DNA of 64,000 nt from Cyanidioschyzon merolae (taxonomy: Eukaryota), in the NCBI GenBank assembly GCA_000091205.1, contig AP006500.2; one strand, given 5' to 3'. This document shows positions 43,231 through 53,009 of the stretch, piece by piece (the stretch's first letter is position 1; the number at the start of each line of letters is the position of its first letter). Under the pieces are notes generated by a model, which searched no databases, had not been told where the DNA came from, and saw only the letters and a program-made list of their open reading frames with translations. A program made the translations under genes and the position numbers.

Positions 43231-44499
43231 GTGCTATATATCGTGGTAAAGGATTTGATAACATTGAACTGAGTGCGGAACGCAATTTAAGTGAGAACTA
43301 TGAACTTATGTAGCGTTAAATGTTACACAGGCACATGCTTGATGCAAAATTCGGGAGCGGCGCCCAATGATGTTTCTTGTACAGTTGCAGAAAGATTTAT
43401 TCAACTTTGTTTAGCTTAAGCTTTTCCCGAGATGTGAGCATCGCGCGTCTCCTGCACGGGGACCCTGAAGCGCTGCCTTGCACGTCTTCCGGCATAGAAT
43501 ACTTTCAGTGTTTGCTTGGCAGTCAGTTCTGAAACGGGGAGAGAGGCATCGCGACGAAGACGCCGCAGTGTAAGCTGCGAAGAACACTGACAAGTTTATG
43601 GTGCACGCTGTAGCACCAGCGCTTCGAGTTGTGCGCTTTTTGGAGAAGTCGTGCTACGGTCTCTTTCAGGCTCCTTGTTCCCGGGGTTGCAGCACGTTAC
43701 GACCACCTGGTGCTGGACGGGCTAGTAACGTGAGAGCACCTCGCGAGCTGCCGTTTGAGAAAGAAGAGCACGCAGTGGGTTTACCGCGCCTCGCTTCTCT
43801 GGGCACCGCAGCCGTTGTGGGTCCAGCGGCAGCTTTTGTCTCCGCTATGGTGATATCGTATGCCCTGACTTTTTGGCAACACTCCACTAACCTAAACAAG
43901 TCCAAATCAAGAGGCTAAGGACGCTCAGACAGGAGCATTCTGTGCACTTGGACTCTTCGGGACTCCCGGCAAGCCGCGGGTGACGAGCGCGCCCCGGCTA
44001 CAACGCAGCAACCGAAGTGGAACAGATGAAAGGCGTTTCTTGGAAAAAATTTCTGGCAAAGAACTCAAATTTTCGATACGCATAATCTCCCCGATGTTTC
44101 GGACTTAGGTACAGGGCTGGTCGTGAAGCACAGAGGTTTTGTCTTTCTATCGAACTTCGAAAAGTTGCTTATCCGGCGCGAAATCCGCATGCAATGCCTT
44201 CCGGGCCATTCTATCCAGCAGATAAGCGTCATAGAGGCGTTTCACGACGCTTTCGCTACTCTTACCTCATTTCAGAGCTTATCAACCTGAACGATTCCAT
44301 TTCAGAATGGAAATCAAGACCTTTCGTAGCCGATACCATCGAGCTGCGCAGAAAAGCGGTATATGTTGCGTGGTTCCCAACTGCGTATCCCTTTCAACTA
44401 AGTTTAATTTCACCTCCGCTACCGCGCTTACCACGAGATCAAAACCACTAGGCACAGTACCGTACAAATCGTAGACGAATTGCCTGTAGAATATATTTT

Positions 44500-45290
44500 T
44501 ACTGAACAGTGCAAGGAGAACTGCAATTACCCTGCAGGTCAGTCACACCATATTACTCGCGTGGTGGTAGAGCACTTTAAGAAAGAGTTACATGCGCTCC
44601 GCATCAAAACCCGATATTCTCAAAGAGCACTTGCGTTTAATGGTAGAGAATGACCTGTTAATCACCTGACTGAAAGCAAAAGCGAGGATCGTGGTCGCCA
44701 CCTGCTTCTCTGTTTCTCAACCGGTAGTTCATGTAATGCTGAAAAACTGGCAAACAGTCGCAAAAAATCCCTGTTCACTCAAGGCCATCTTTTTACCGAC
44801 ATCGCAGTTAAAACAAAGTTCCTGGAACGTCATTATCGGCATGAAACAGAGGGGCGTCGGTTTGTTGTTTCAGTCGATGAGACTCCCTTCGGACAAGACG
44901 GTCGGGTCGTTGATGAGTATTCGAGGTGAAGGGAGCCCATTGTCTGTGCGATCGGACTCAAAGAGAACGACGATATTATCTGTTCTAGCTGTAGTGGATT
45001 CAAGTGGCGGCCTGGGTTTTGCTGGAACAGAAGGCCCTCACAACAGCACCAACAACTTTGTCGAATCATTGAAGACTTTTCCCAGACGTCCGGCGACTTC
45101 GTTCTGTTGGACAACGTGGTACTTCGCCATTCCCGTTGCGTTCGGGCTTTTGCCGAGGCTATCGGAGTAGAGATGCTTTTCATTCCTTCGTACGCTCCGC
45201 GGTTCAACCGCATCGAAGGAGAGTTTTCTATCAAAAAAAGCAATGCACGCACCACTATTCGAATCGATGATGCGTTCAGCACACGGTGAC
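44500..45290 (+). pseudogene. Tc1/mariner (IS630-superfamily) DDE transposase remnant, frameshifted
   Basis: Across three frames: …RRFVVSVDETPFGQDG… (DE motif), …AGTEGPHNSTNNFVESLKTFPRRPATS… and …LLDNVVLRHSRCVRAFAEAIGVEMLFIPSYAPRFNRIEGEFS… (the characteristic C-terminal DNaxiH…LPpYSPdLNPIE block containing the third acidic residue). Several frameshifts. Confidence 0.65.
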
Positions 45291-45366
45291 ACGCCGGAGC
45301 CAATTTTATTTTGCTTGCGCAAATACTGCTCTTTTGGGGAAGGTCCCCACCTGAAGACATAACGAA

Positions 45367-45745
45367 GTGCGTTCATTTGAAGAAATAAAAAATCTTAGGA
45401 ATGAGCTGGGGTGTACACTTGAGAAGTTCGAGATAAAGAAACGCCAGCGGGCGCTTCGGCGAAAGAAAAATACGGAGAGCTTACAGAGCAGCATATGGCA
45501 CGAAAGGCGCAAGTTCGAATACTACTTGTACTCGGAACACGAGCGGCGGCAAGAAACGCATGGAGCTCGTGATCCGAGGCTTGAACGCTGCTATCAATAT
45601 CAGGAGATATTCTGTGTTGAAAACAAGGCCCGCAGGGATAACGCGTGCCAATTTTGTGGGATTGCCTCTCAGAGTCAAAATGCTCAAGGACGAGCTGATA
45701 CCGATAGCAGGGGGCCGGCGAAAAAGATATCGGAAGGTGTCACAA
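45367..45745 (+). mobile_element. Fanzor/TnpB-like 3' remnant, co-linear with the adjacent Tc1/mariner transposase remnant
   Basis: Plus strand encodes …LGCTLEKFE… (compare PGCTLQGVE in the 9334 copy) and, after a frameshift, TSGGKKRMELVIRGLNAAINIRRYSVLKTRPAGITRANFVGLPLRV. Compare TSDGKKRMEFVNRDFNAAINV and NAAINIKGYAALKTTPEELTRASFLGQPL in the other copies. The 3' end gataccgatagcagggggccggcgaaaaagatatcggaagg matches gacaccgatggcacggggccggccaataaaggccggaagg in the 42785 copy (read in revcomp). Confidence 0.65.
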
Positions 45746-45903
45746 CGTCGCTGGAAAGACATACATTCTATGCCAGGAAAGTATTTTCGTGGCGCCGACA
45801 TGAGCGCCGCCTGCACCTGCAATCCTACCCGCTGATCCGAAGAGCGCTCTACGCATACGCTCTGGGCTATTTTCTGCAGCTTTCTTGAGGTTTAGCACAT
45901 ATA

Positions 45904-47283
45904 TTGTACAGCTTTATGTGGCAGACTGGGCTGCACTCGTCGACGTCTTTATATTGGAGTTGTACGCTTGGAGCAACTGGCACTTCGACAGGAAAGCCAG
46001 CCTCGGTCGCGCACCGCTGCTCAGTCTCAGCAGCGGGCTTCCGCGCTGCCCCGATGCCGTGTATCCGTCGTGGTGTCTGCACGTCACGCACGCACTCGAG
46101 GACTTCAAATCCCTTGAAGATGCAACGGAACACTGATCCGGCGGGCAATAGCATAGGAATCGAACCGACTGTGCGAGTAGAGGACGTATACAAGTCGTTC
46201 CAAGATAAAAAGAAAAGCCTCTTCTCTTGGCGTTTTGAAGCGTTGACAGTTCCGGCTCTCAGGGGGGTGTCCCTTGACGTTTACGCTGGTGAAGTCTTCG
46301 GTTTACTTGGCCCGAACTCTTCGGGCAAGACAACGCTCTTACGTTGCATGTCGACTTTGTGCAAGCCAGATCGAGGTGCTGTGTACGTGTTAGGCAAACA
46401 TACGGTGCGAGAGTCCTTTGCGGTGCGGCATTGCATAGGAGTGGTCTTTCAAGACGCCGGTGTTGATAAAATTCTCACTGGGCGTGAGCATATGGAACTC
46501 TTTGGAAACTTGTACCACATGCCACCCGCTCATTTGCGTCGTCGCATTGATGAACTTGTCGGCATGCTAGAACTCGAGCCCTACGTGGATCGCCTAACGG
46601 GCACCTATTCGGGAGGAATCAAGAGGCGCCTCGATCTCGCTCTAGGGCTGCTGCATGAACCTTCAGTTCTGTTGCTTGATGAGCCCACGGTCGGCTTAGA
46701 TCTTAGCAGCCGGCGAGTTATCTGGAATGCTGTTCGAAAATATGCTACAGCGGGGAATACGATTGTTTTCACGTCTCACTACTTAGAAGAAGTTGAGATT
46801 CTGGCTGACCGAGTCGCTATTCTGGATGAGGGGGTCTCGATCGCGGTCGGTTCGCCGCCAGACCTGAAACGCCAAATCGGTGGTAGACGGTTCACGATTC
46901 GAGTGGAGGAGTTTTGTCCAGAAAATATTGCCCAGGCGGCTCTGGAGGCGCTACGAAGCGAGGGCATCGTAGAGAGGGCGCAGATCAATGCATTTGATTA
47001 CAATGCGCTCGAGCTATTTGTTGAGCCGGAGCTGCTGGATCAGCTAGGTATTGATCCTTCGTTGAACGAGGATGAAGCCTATTCGGTGTACGCGGAAAGA
47101 ATTCGTCAGACACTGAAAGGAAAAGGATTTGATCTCTTCGGTATTACGGAACGAGGTGTGAGTCTGAGCGATGTCTATATGTCGTTTGCTGGGCGCGATT
47201 TTCGCGCTGCAGATGAAGCCGCGCGATTGGATGCAAGCACGAAAAAGCGGAAACCAAAGCGCCGTTCCAGCTTGGAAAGCTAG
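45904..47283 (+). CDS. ABC transporter ATP-binding protein (ATPase-only, ABC-2/DrrA/CcmA-like) with C-terminal extension
   Basis: Walker A (GLLGPNSSGKTT), ABC signature (YSGGIKRRLDLA), Walker B (LLLDEPTVGLD) and H-loop (FTSHY). The probable true start is the Met at about 46120 (MQRNTDPAG…). The upstream part of the ORF overlaps the TE remnant. Confidence 0.8.
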   Translation: MYSFMWQTGLHSSTSLYWSCTLGATGTSTGKPASVAHRCSVSAAGFRAAPMPCIRRGVCTSRTHSRTSNPLKMQRNTDPAGNSIGIEPTVRVEDVYKSFQDKKKSLFSWRFEALTVPALRGVSLDVYAGEVFGLLGPNSSGKTTLLRCMSTLCKPDRGAVYVLGKHTVRESFAVRHCIGVVFQDAGVDKILTGREHMELFGNLYHMPPAHLRRRIDELVGMLELEPYVDRLTGTYSGGIKRRLDLALGLLHEPSVLLLDEPTVGLDLSSRRVIWNAVRKYATAGNTIVFTSHYLEEVEILADRVAILDEGVSIAVGSPPDLKRQIGGRRFTIRVEEFCPENIAQAALEALRSEGIVERAQINAFDYNALELFVEPELLDQLGIDPSLNEDEAYSVYAERIRQTLKGKGFDLFGITERGVSLSDVYMSFAGRDFRAADEAARLDASTKKRKPKRRSSLES

Positions 47284-48335
47284 CGTCTCGGAAACCTCTG
47301 AAGAGCAGTCCGTGATGCTGCCCGCATCAGAGGTCTATTCGAAGACAGCGGTCCCGGTAAGTGGACGCCAACACTTTTTTCGGATGCAGTTATATCCGCC
47401 AGCGCGGCTCATATAGCCGCGTACACGCGAGCACGTGGCATTTATCAATCGCAGAAAGCCGACTGGCTGCGATCGAAATTCAACTCCGTGACTGCTCTCT
47501 TGGGAGCAGTCTTTCCACTGCTTTTTTGCGCTCTTTGTATTGTCCAGGCGAGATTCACTGCAGCTCATGCGATGAACGTATGAATGGCGGCCCGCCTGGC
47601 ACCAACGCCTGCAAGCAAGAGCAACGATAGGCCGCATCCACCGTAGAACAGGCAGTACGCGCATCCTAGTAAGACCACTGCGGCTTCGAGCTACCGCAGC
47701 AGAAACTCTGTATCCGCACTAGTTACTGGACCTGGTTGAGACTTTCTCACGCAATGGTCGCCTGCATGCTGTACATTGGTCTTCCTTGTCACTGTTGCTC
47801 TCTCCTATGCACAGCAAGTGCGGGTTGGCCAGGACTTGATATGAGTCTTACTGCGGTGCTGCTGTTTCTCTCGCCGAAACGGCTCGTCTGCGTTTTTTTC
47901 TGAAAGAGCATGAGCTTTCTCATACGAAACCGTTCAGGAAACTTCACTTGAATTTTCCTGCTTTGTGAACTTATCCTCTCGGTAACAGAGGTGTTTCCTG
48001 AACAGAGCGTATCTGTAAAGCGGTGTTGCGCTATAGGACCCGGCAGGTAACCCCGGCAGCTATTGTGGAGAGTCTGTGCTGCGGGGCATAACGTCCAAGC
48101 CTGGTCGCACATCGTAACTCGTTGCGTAGATAGGTCAAAAACCTGTTTTCCTGTGTCGCTGTGAGCCTCACCTGTGCACGTTCCTGCGCAGCGGGGAATG
48201 GTATATGGGACGGCAGTGCGAGGCAGGGCAAACGAATGCGGCATTTTTCGCAGGCAACGGGGAGCCCAACCTGGCCAGACTCTACAGTCGTCAATGCTGG
48301 ACGAAACCTGGATTCTCCAAGGCTTGTACGCCGGT

Positions 48336-49747
48336 GCCAAGGTTAAAAAGGAACACTGACCTTATCGGACTGCTGCTACCTATCGATTCCTTAACCTACC
48401 TTGAATGGATGCTTGGCCTCGAAAGTCGAATTGCAGTAATACGGGCATACAGATTCATATACAGTTCTGAGAAGTTCGGTGGTCTGTTCGACTTGACTCC
48501 TTCGACGCTTTGCCGCTAGAATGCGTTACGGATCCGAAATAAAGATGGTACGCGACGCCCTCGAACAGGGTTCGTTATTCGACCTGCATCGTTGTCCAAT
48601 TCACATGTTCAACCTCAACTGTGCTGCTTTCCTTATACGCAGCAGGCTGAAAGCACGCATCCTTCAAGTTTCCGATCATTCTATTTCAAGGCGACTCGAG
48701 GGCGCAGCAGTTCGCGCCGCTGGACTGGCGAAGAATGCTGCTTGACGTCGCCCCTGAGGAAATGCTCAGAAGCTCATAGCGAAAAGTCACTGAAATTCTC
48801 ACGATAAATAATCGATTGCGTTCGAGAGTCGAATCCTCCCCTCTTTGTGGTCATCGACGAAGCAGCATTCGACGGCAGCGCAATAGATCTCACGGGAGAT
48901 GCTTTCATATGTCACCGTCTCTTCTGTTTGCATGGAAAGGGTCTTGGACTTTGAGTTGAGGCATCGCAGCGATTGCTTCCAGTAGAGCCTGCGTCACCGC
49001 TTTGCGGTAAGGGACCGTAAAAGGATCGAAATTTCTCGACTTTTACCCTAGCGAGGTGTCTCCTCCCCGCACTAGTGCCGTCGTGGGCAGCATCGCGCGA
49101 CGCAAACCCTCCGTCCAATGAACAGCGAGCGCTGGTGTTTGCATCGGGCAGAGTACTCGCGGACATGGTCGCCCAGAAGAACCCCGTGATTTAAGGGTAC
49201 AGCACCGGGCGCGGAAACCGCGGAGCGCATCCTGGGGCGCCTTCTGTACCCTTCAAGCGCATGAACCGAGCGCATGAACCGAGCGCATGAACCGAGCGCA
49301 TGAACCGAGCGCATGAACCGAGCGCATGAACCGAGCGCTGAAGCGAGCCCTCACGCGCTGCAGGGTGAGCCTCGTTGGCGAAGGAGGCGTACTCCTTATA
49401 TGCGACCATCTAAGCGCATCCATGCGTCACGCCTGTGCAGAGGGCAGCGAGACTGTGTCCAAAGAAGATGACAAGAGCAATTGAAACGCAGATCGCAACC
49501 TCAGCCTGTGCATGAAATGCGTCTAAACAGGCCGCAAGTAACGTGGCTCGGACTGTACTGCTGCCAGCAATACTCCCCCATTGGTGACAATAGAACTTCA
49601 GGGATAGGTGAGACCAGCGTATTCAAAGGCGAGCTTGAGAGCAACGAAAGAGAAGCAGTCGCTGAACGGTCAGTGAAAAGCTGGTTTTCATGGCAATTAC
49701 GAGGGACTCAAACTCTAGGGTGTGCTTGTGAGTTCCCTGAGTGCATC
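48336..49747 (+). repeat. Left arm (E2) of a 1.4-kb inverted repeat flanking tsaE
   Basis: Reverse-complement identical or near-identical to 51344-52755. ORF-track proteins are duplicated on opposite strands (for example 48521..48745+ equals 52346..52570-, and 49191..49409- equals 51682..51900+). Outer boundary is at gccaaggttaaaaagg; inner boundary at …gagttccctgagtgcatc. Confidence 0.9.
49259..49336. repeat. Tandem repeat (GCATGAACCGAGC)x6 inside the IR arm. Mirror copy at 51755-51832
   Basis: Six perfect 13-nt units read directly. In the diverged copy E1 the unit corresponds to a single-copy segment gggcattaaccgtgc. Confidence 0.95.
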
Positions 49748-49989
49748 AGTCTTATTTTTATGTGGCACATGTACAAGGCACGCTTCGTCGGAGCAGGCAA
49801 TGGAAGCTCGCCTCACGACCGACGGTGGATTCTGCAACGAGCTGCATAACGCGCTGCGGTCTGTTCGTAGCAGCATTTATGTTGCTAGTGGTGCTTTCTC
49901 GAGCTGAGGACGAAAGCTGCTTCCTTAGAAGGACACGGGGTGGCGATCGAAGTCCACGCTGAAGTCAGCGACTTCCTTCTGGCATTTCT

Positions 49990-50670
49990 ATGCGAAGAAA
50001 CACGCTGAGTGGCTTTCTCCCTCTGCTTAGGGTAAGGGCACGAAAAGCGACTGTTTCGCAACAACCCTCCTCGATGAGCGTTTTCGCACAGTACTCGTCT
50101 CAGCAGCACCAGCAGTGCTCCTCTATAGAGCGGGTGAGTTGTCGCCGTTTCCGCTTAGAGTCTCCACCTGATACTTGGAGGCTAGGCGCTGCGCTGGCTC
50201 GCCTTGCACGGCCTGGCGATGTGTTTCTGCTTCAGGGCAGCCTCGGAGCCGGAAAGACGACATTGGCTCGGGGCTTTATTCAAGAGTTTCTGAACGATCC
50301 CGAACTTGAAGTTGTCTCACCTACGTATCTTCTGGACGTGACCTATCCGGACTACGAGAACAAGGCCAAAGTTCCTGGTGTAGTTCTTCATCATCTGGAC
50401 TTGTATAGGCTGGAGAACGCTGACGATCGCCCAATTGCGGACTTTGCCGATATATTCACCCATCAAATATGCTTGGTCGAATGGCCAGAGCGCCTGGGAA
50501 AGTATTCAACACCAGAAGAATTCTTGCAGATCCGCTTCTCCTTCGTAGCGGGCGCGGATGGGCCTCGCGTTATTGAATCATCTGGTTTTGCGAGTCACAA
50601 GCACCTGGAGAATCCACGCTGGTCACAGGCACGCATCGATCAAATACAATGGCAATGTTCAGCAGCTTAG
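49990..50670 (+). CDS. tsaE: tRNA threonylcarbamoyladenosine (t6A) biosynthesis protein TsaE (YjeE-type ATPase) with N-terminal extension
   Basis: P-loop LQGSLGAGKTTLARG, SPTYLLDVTY, HLDLYRLEN and ICLVEWPE blocks match the bacterial/plastid TsaE family. A 55-60-aa Arg/Ser-rich N-terminal extension suggests organelle targeting. Confidence 0.8.
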   Translation: MRRNTLSGFLPLLRVRARKATVSQQPSSMSVFAQYSSQQHQQCSSIERVSCRRFRLESPPDTWRLGAALARLARPGDVFLLQGSLGAGKTTLARGFIQEFLNDPELEVVSPTYLLDVTYPDYENKAKVPGVVLHHLDLYRLENADDRPIADFADIFTHQICLVEWPERLGKYSTPEEFLQIRFSFVAGADGPRVIESSGFASHKHLENPRWSQARIDQIQWQCSAA

Positions 50671-51343
50671 ATATGCCGAGAGCCTCCGAAGCTTTCGAGG
50701 AGACCACCATTGCGTAGACCCTGACGCACACCTCGGGTGTGATTGGACCGGCTCTCTGTGCGTCTTCAACGCTTTTCTCGTTGCCGCAGAGACGAGCACA
50801 TATGTGGCATGGCTGTTTCATGCTGCCTCGATCTCTTATATACTGGAGTGCGAGCAGGCCCTATCATCAAGTCGACACCGTGTGCGTCGTTCTAGCGCTG
50901 CCGCTTGATGGAGTTCTCCGTAGAAAGCAGCCATGTGAACTTTCGTGGCAATGCACATATCCGTTCCGCAAGCGTGCTACTTGTTCAAACTGCTACATAT
51001 GGGAATTTTCAGTCTTTGCCGACGCATAAATCTTCGAAAGATGGACGCACATGTTAAGGAGAACGAAAGATCTTTCAAGATCCACGAAACCGCGAAATAT
51101 GAACGCGGCATTAGCAGCGTCGGAAGCAGTCTAGCCCAACGACTACCCAACGACTCTTCTGTGGTATATCTTCGAATGACTTCTGTCCATTGTCGCGTGA
51201 TAAGAGTTGATGGTATGGCAGTATCCGTAGATAATAATCACAGCGCAATGTCGTGTGTTCGACATGAGTTGCGGAGGCACCCCGCAACGTTTGTTCGTTG
51301 TCTTCGTCTCATGCTTACTCTCGTGAGAGAATAAAGTAAAGCA

Positions 51344-52755
51344 GATGCACTCAGGGAACTCACAAGCACACCCTAGAGTTTGAGTCCCTCGTAATTGCCA
51401 TGAAAACCAGCTTTTCACTGACCGTTCAGCGACTGCTTCTCTTTCGTTGCTCTCAAGCTCGCCTTTGAATACGCTGGTCTCACCTATCCCTGAAGTTCTA
51501 TTGTCACCAATGGGGGAGTATTGCTGGCAGCAGTACAGTCCGAGCCACGTTACTTGCGGCCTGTTTAGACGCATTTCATGCACAGGCTGAGGTTGCGATC
51601 TGCGTTTCAATTGCTCTTGTCATCTTCTTTGGACACAGTCTCGCTGCCCTCTGCACAGGCGTGACGCATGGATGCGCTTAGATGGTCGCATATAAGGAGT
51701 ACGCCTCCTTCGCCAACGAGGCTCACCCTGCAGCGCGTGAGGGCTCGCTTCAGCGCTCGGTTCATGCGCTCGGTTCATGCGCTCGGTTCATGCGCTCGGT
51801 TCATGCGCTCGGTTCATGCGCTCGGTTCATGCGCTTGAAGGGTACAGAAGGCGCCCCAGGATGCGCTCCGCGGTTTCCGCGCCCGGTGCTGTACCCTTAA
51901 ATCACGGGGTTCTTCTGGGCGACCATGTCCGCGAGTACTCTGCCCGATGCAAACACCAGCGCTCGCTGTTCATTGGACGGAGGGTTTGCGTCGCGCGATG
52001 CTGCCCACGACGGCACTAGTGCGGGGAGGAGACACCTCGCTAGGGTAAAAGTCGAGAAATTTCGATCCTTTTACGGTCCCTTACCGCAAAGCGGTGACGC
52101 AGGCTCTACTGGAAGCAATCGCTGCGATGCCTCAACTCAAAGTCCAAGACCCTTTCCATGCAAACAGAAGAGACGGTGACATATGAAAGCATCTCCCGTG
52201 AGATCTATTGCGCTGCCGTCGAATGCTGCTTCGTCGATGACCACAAAGAGGGGAGGATTCGACTCTCGAACGCAATCGATTATTTATCGTGAGAATTTCA
52301 GTGACTTTTCGCTATGAGCTTCTGAGCATTTCCTCAGGGGCGACGTCAAGCAGCATTCTTCGCCAGTCCAGCGGCGCGAACTGCTGCGCCCTCGAGTCGC
52401 CTTGAAATAGAATGATCGGAAACTTGAAGGATGCGTGCTTTCAGCCTGCTGCGTATAAGGAAAGCAGCACAGTTGAGGTTGAACATGTGAATTGGACAAC
52501 GATGCAGGTCGAATAACGAACCCTGTTCGAGGGCGTCGCGTACCATCTTTATTTCGGATCCGTAACGCATTCTAGCGGCAAAGCGTCGAAGGAGTCAAGT
52601 CGAACAGACCACCGAACTTCTCAGAACTGTATATGAATCTGTATGCCCGTATTACTGCAATTCGACTTTCGAGGCCAAGCATCCATTCAAGGTAGGTTAA
52701 GGAATCGATAGGTAGCAGCAGTCCGATAAGGTCAGTGTTCCTTTTTAACCTTGGC
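51344..52755 (-). repeat. Right arm (E3) of the 1.4-kb inverted repeat flanking tsaE
   Basis: Reverse complement of 48336-49747; see that feature. Confidence 0.9.
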
Positions 52756-53009
52756 GACAAAGTCGCGAAATGTGTTATCTAAACGAGAAGCGTTTTATTA
52801 TCAATATCGTCTTCGCGTACTTGTGGGTACATGAAGAACCGTCCAAATGCATCGGTGACGCAGTTGAAGAGGATATCTTTGGGCAATCAGTACTGGTCAG
52901 CGCTCGCAGCTAAAACGTTTTCCTCAATCCGATGTCTGAACGAGTTTGACTTGTACGACGCCTGGTACTGGGCGTGTTTCGTACAGAGTACTGAGCACTC
53001 TGTGATTAT

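Noticed and set aside
45367-45888. 173-aa ORF (frame 1) containing CQFCG as an independent zinc-finger gene
   Set aside because: The CxxCG lies in a frame that overlaps the better-supported NAAINI-containing frame of the Fanzor remnant. The ORF is a composite of remnant frames.
48821-48850. tRNA-like T-arm (gagagTCGAATCCtcccc) inside the IR arm, suggesting a tRNA-derived SINE
   Set aside because: The stem halves (gagag / ctccc) do not pair properly. No A-box or D-arm is present upstream, and no cloverleaf can be drawn. The TCGAATCC similarity to the B-box is probably fortuitous.
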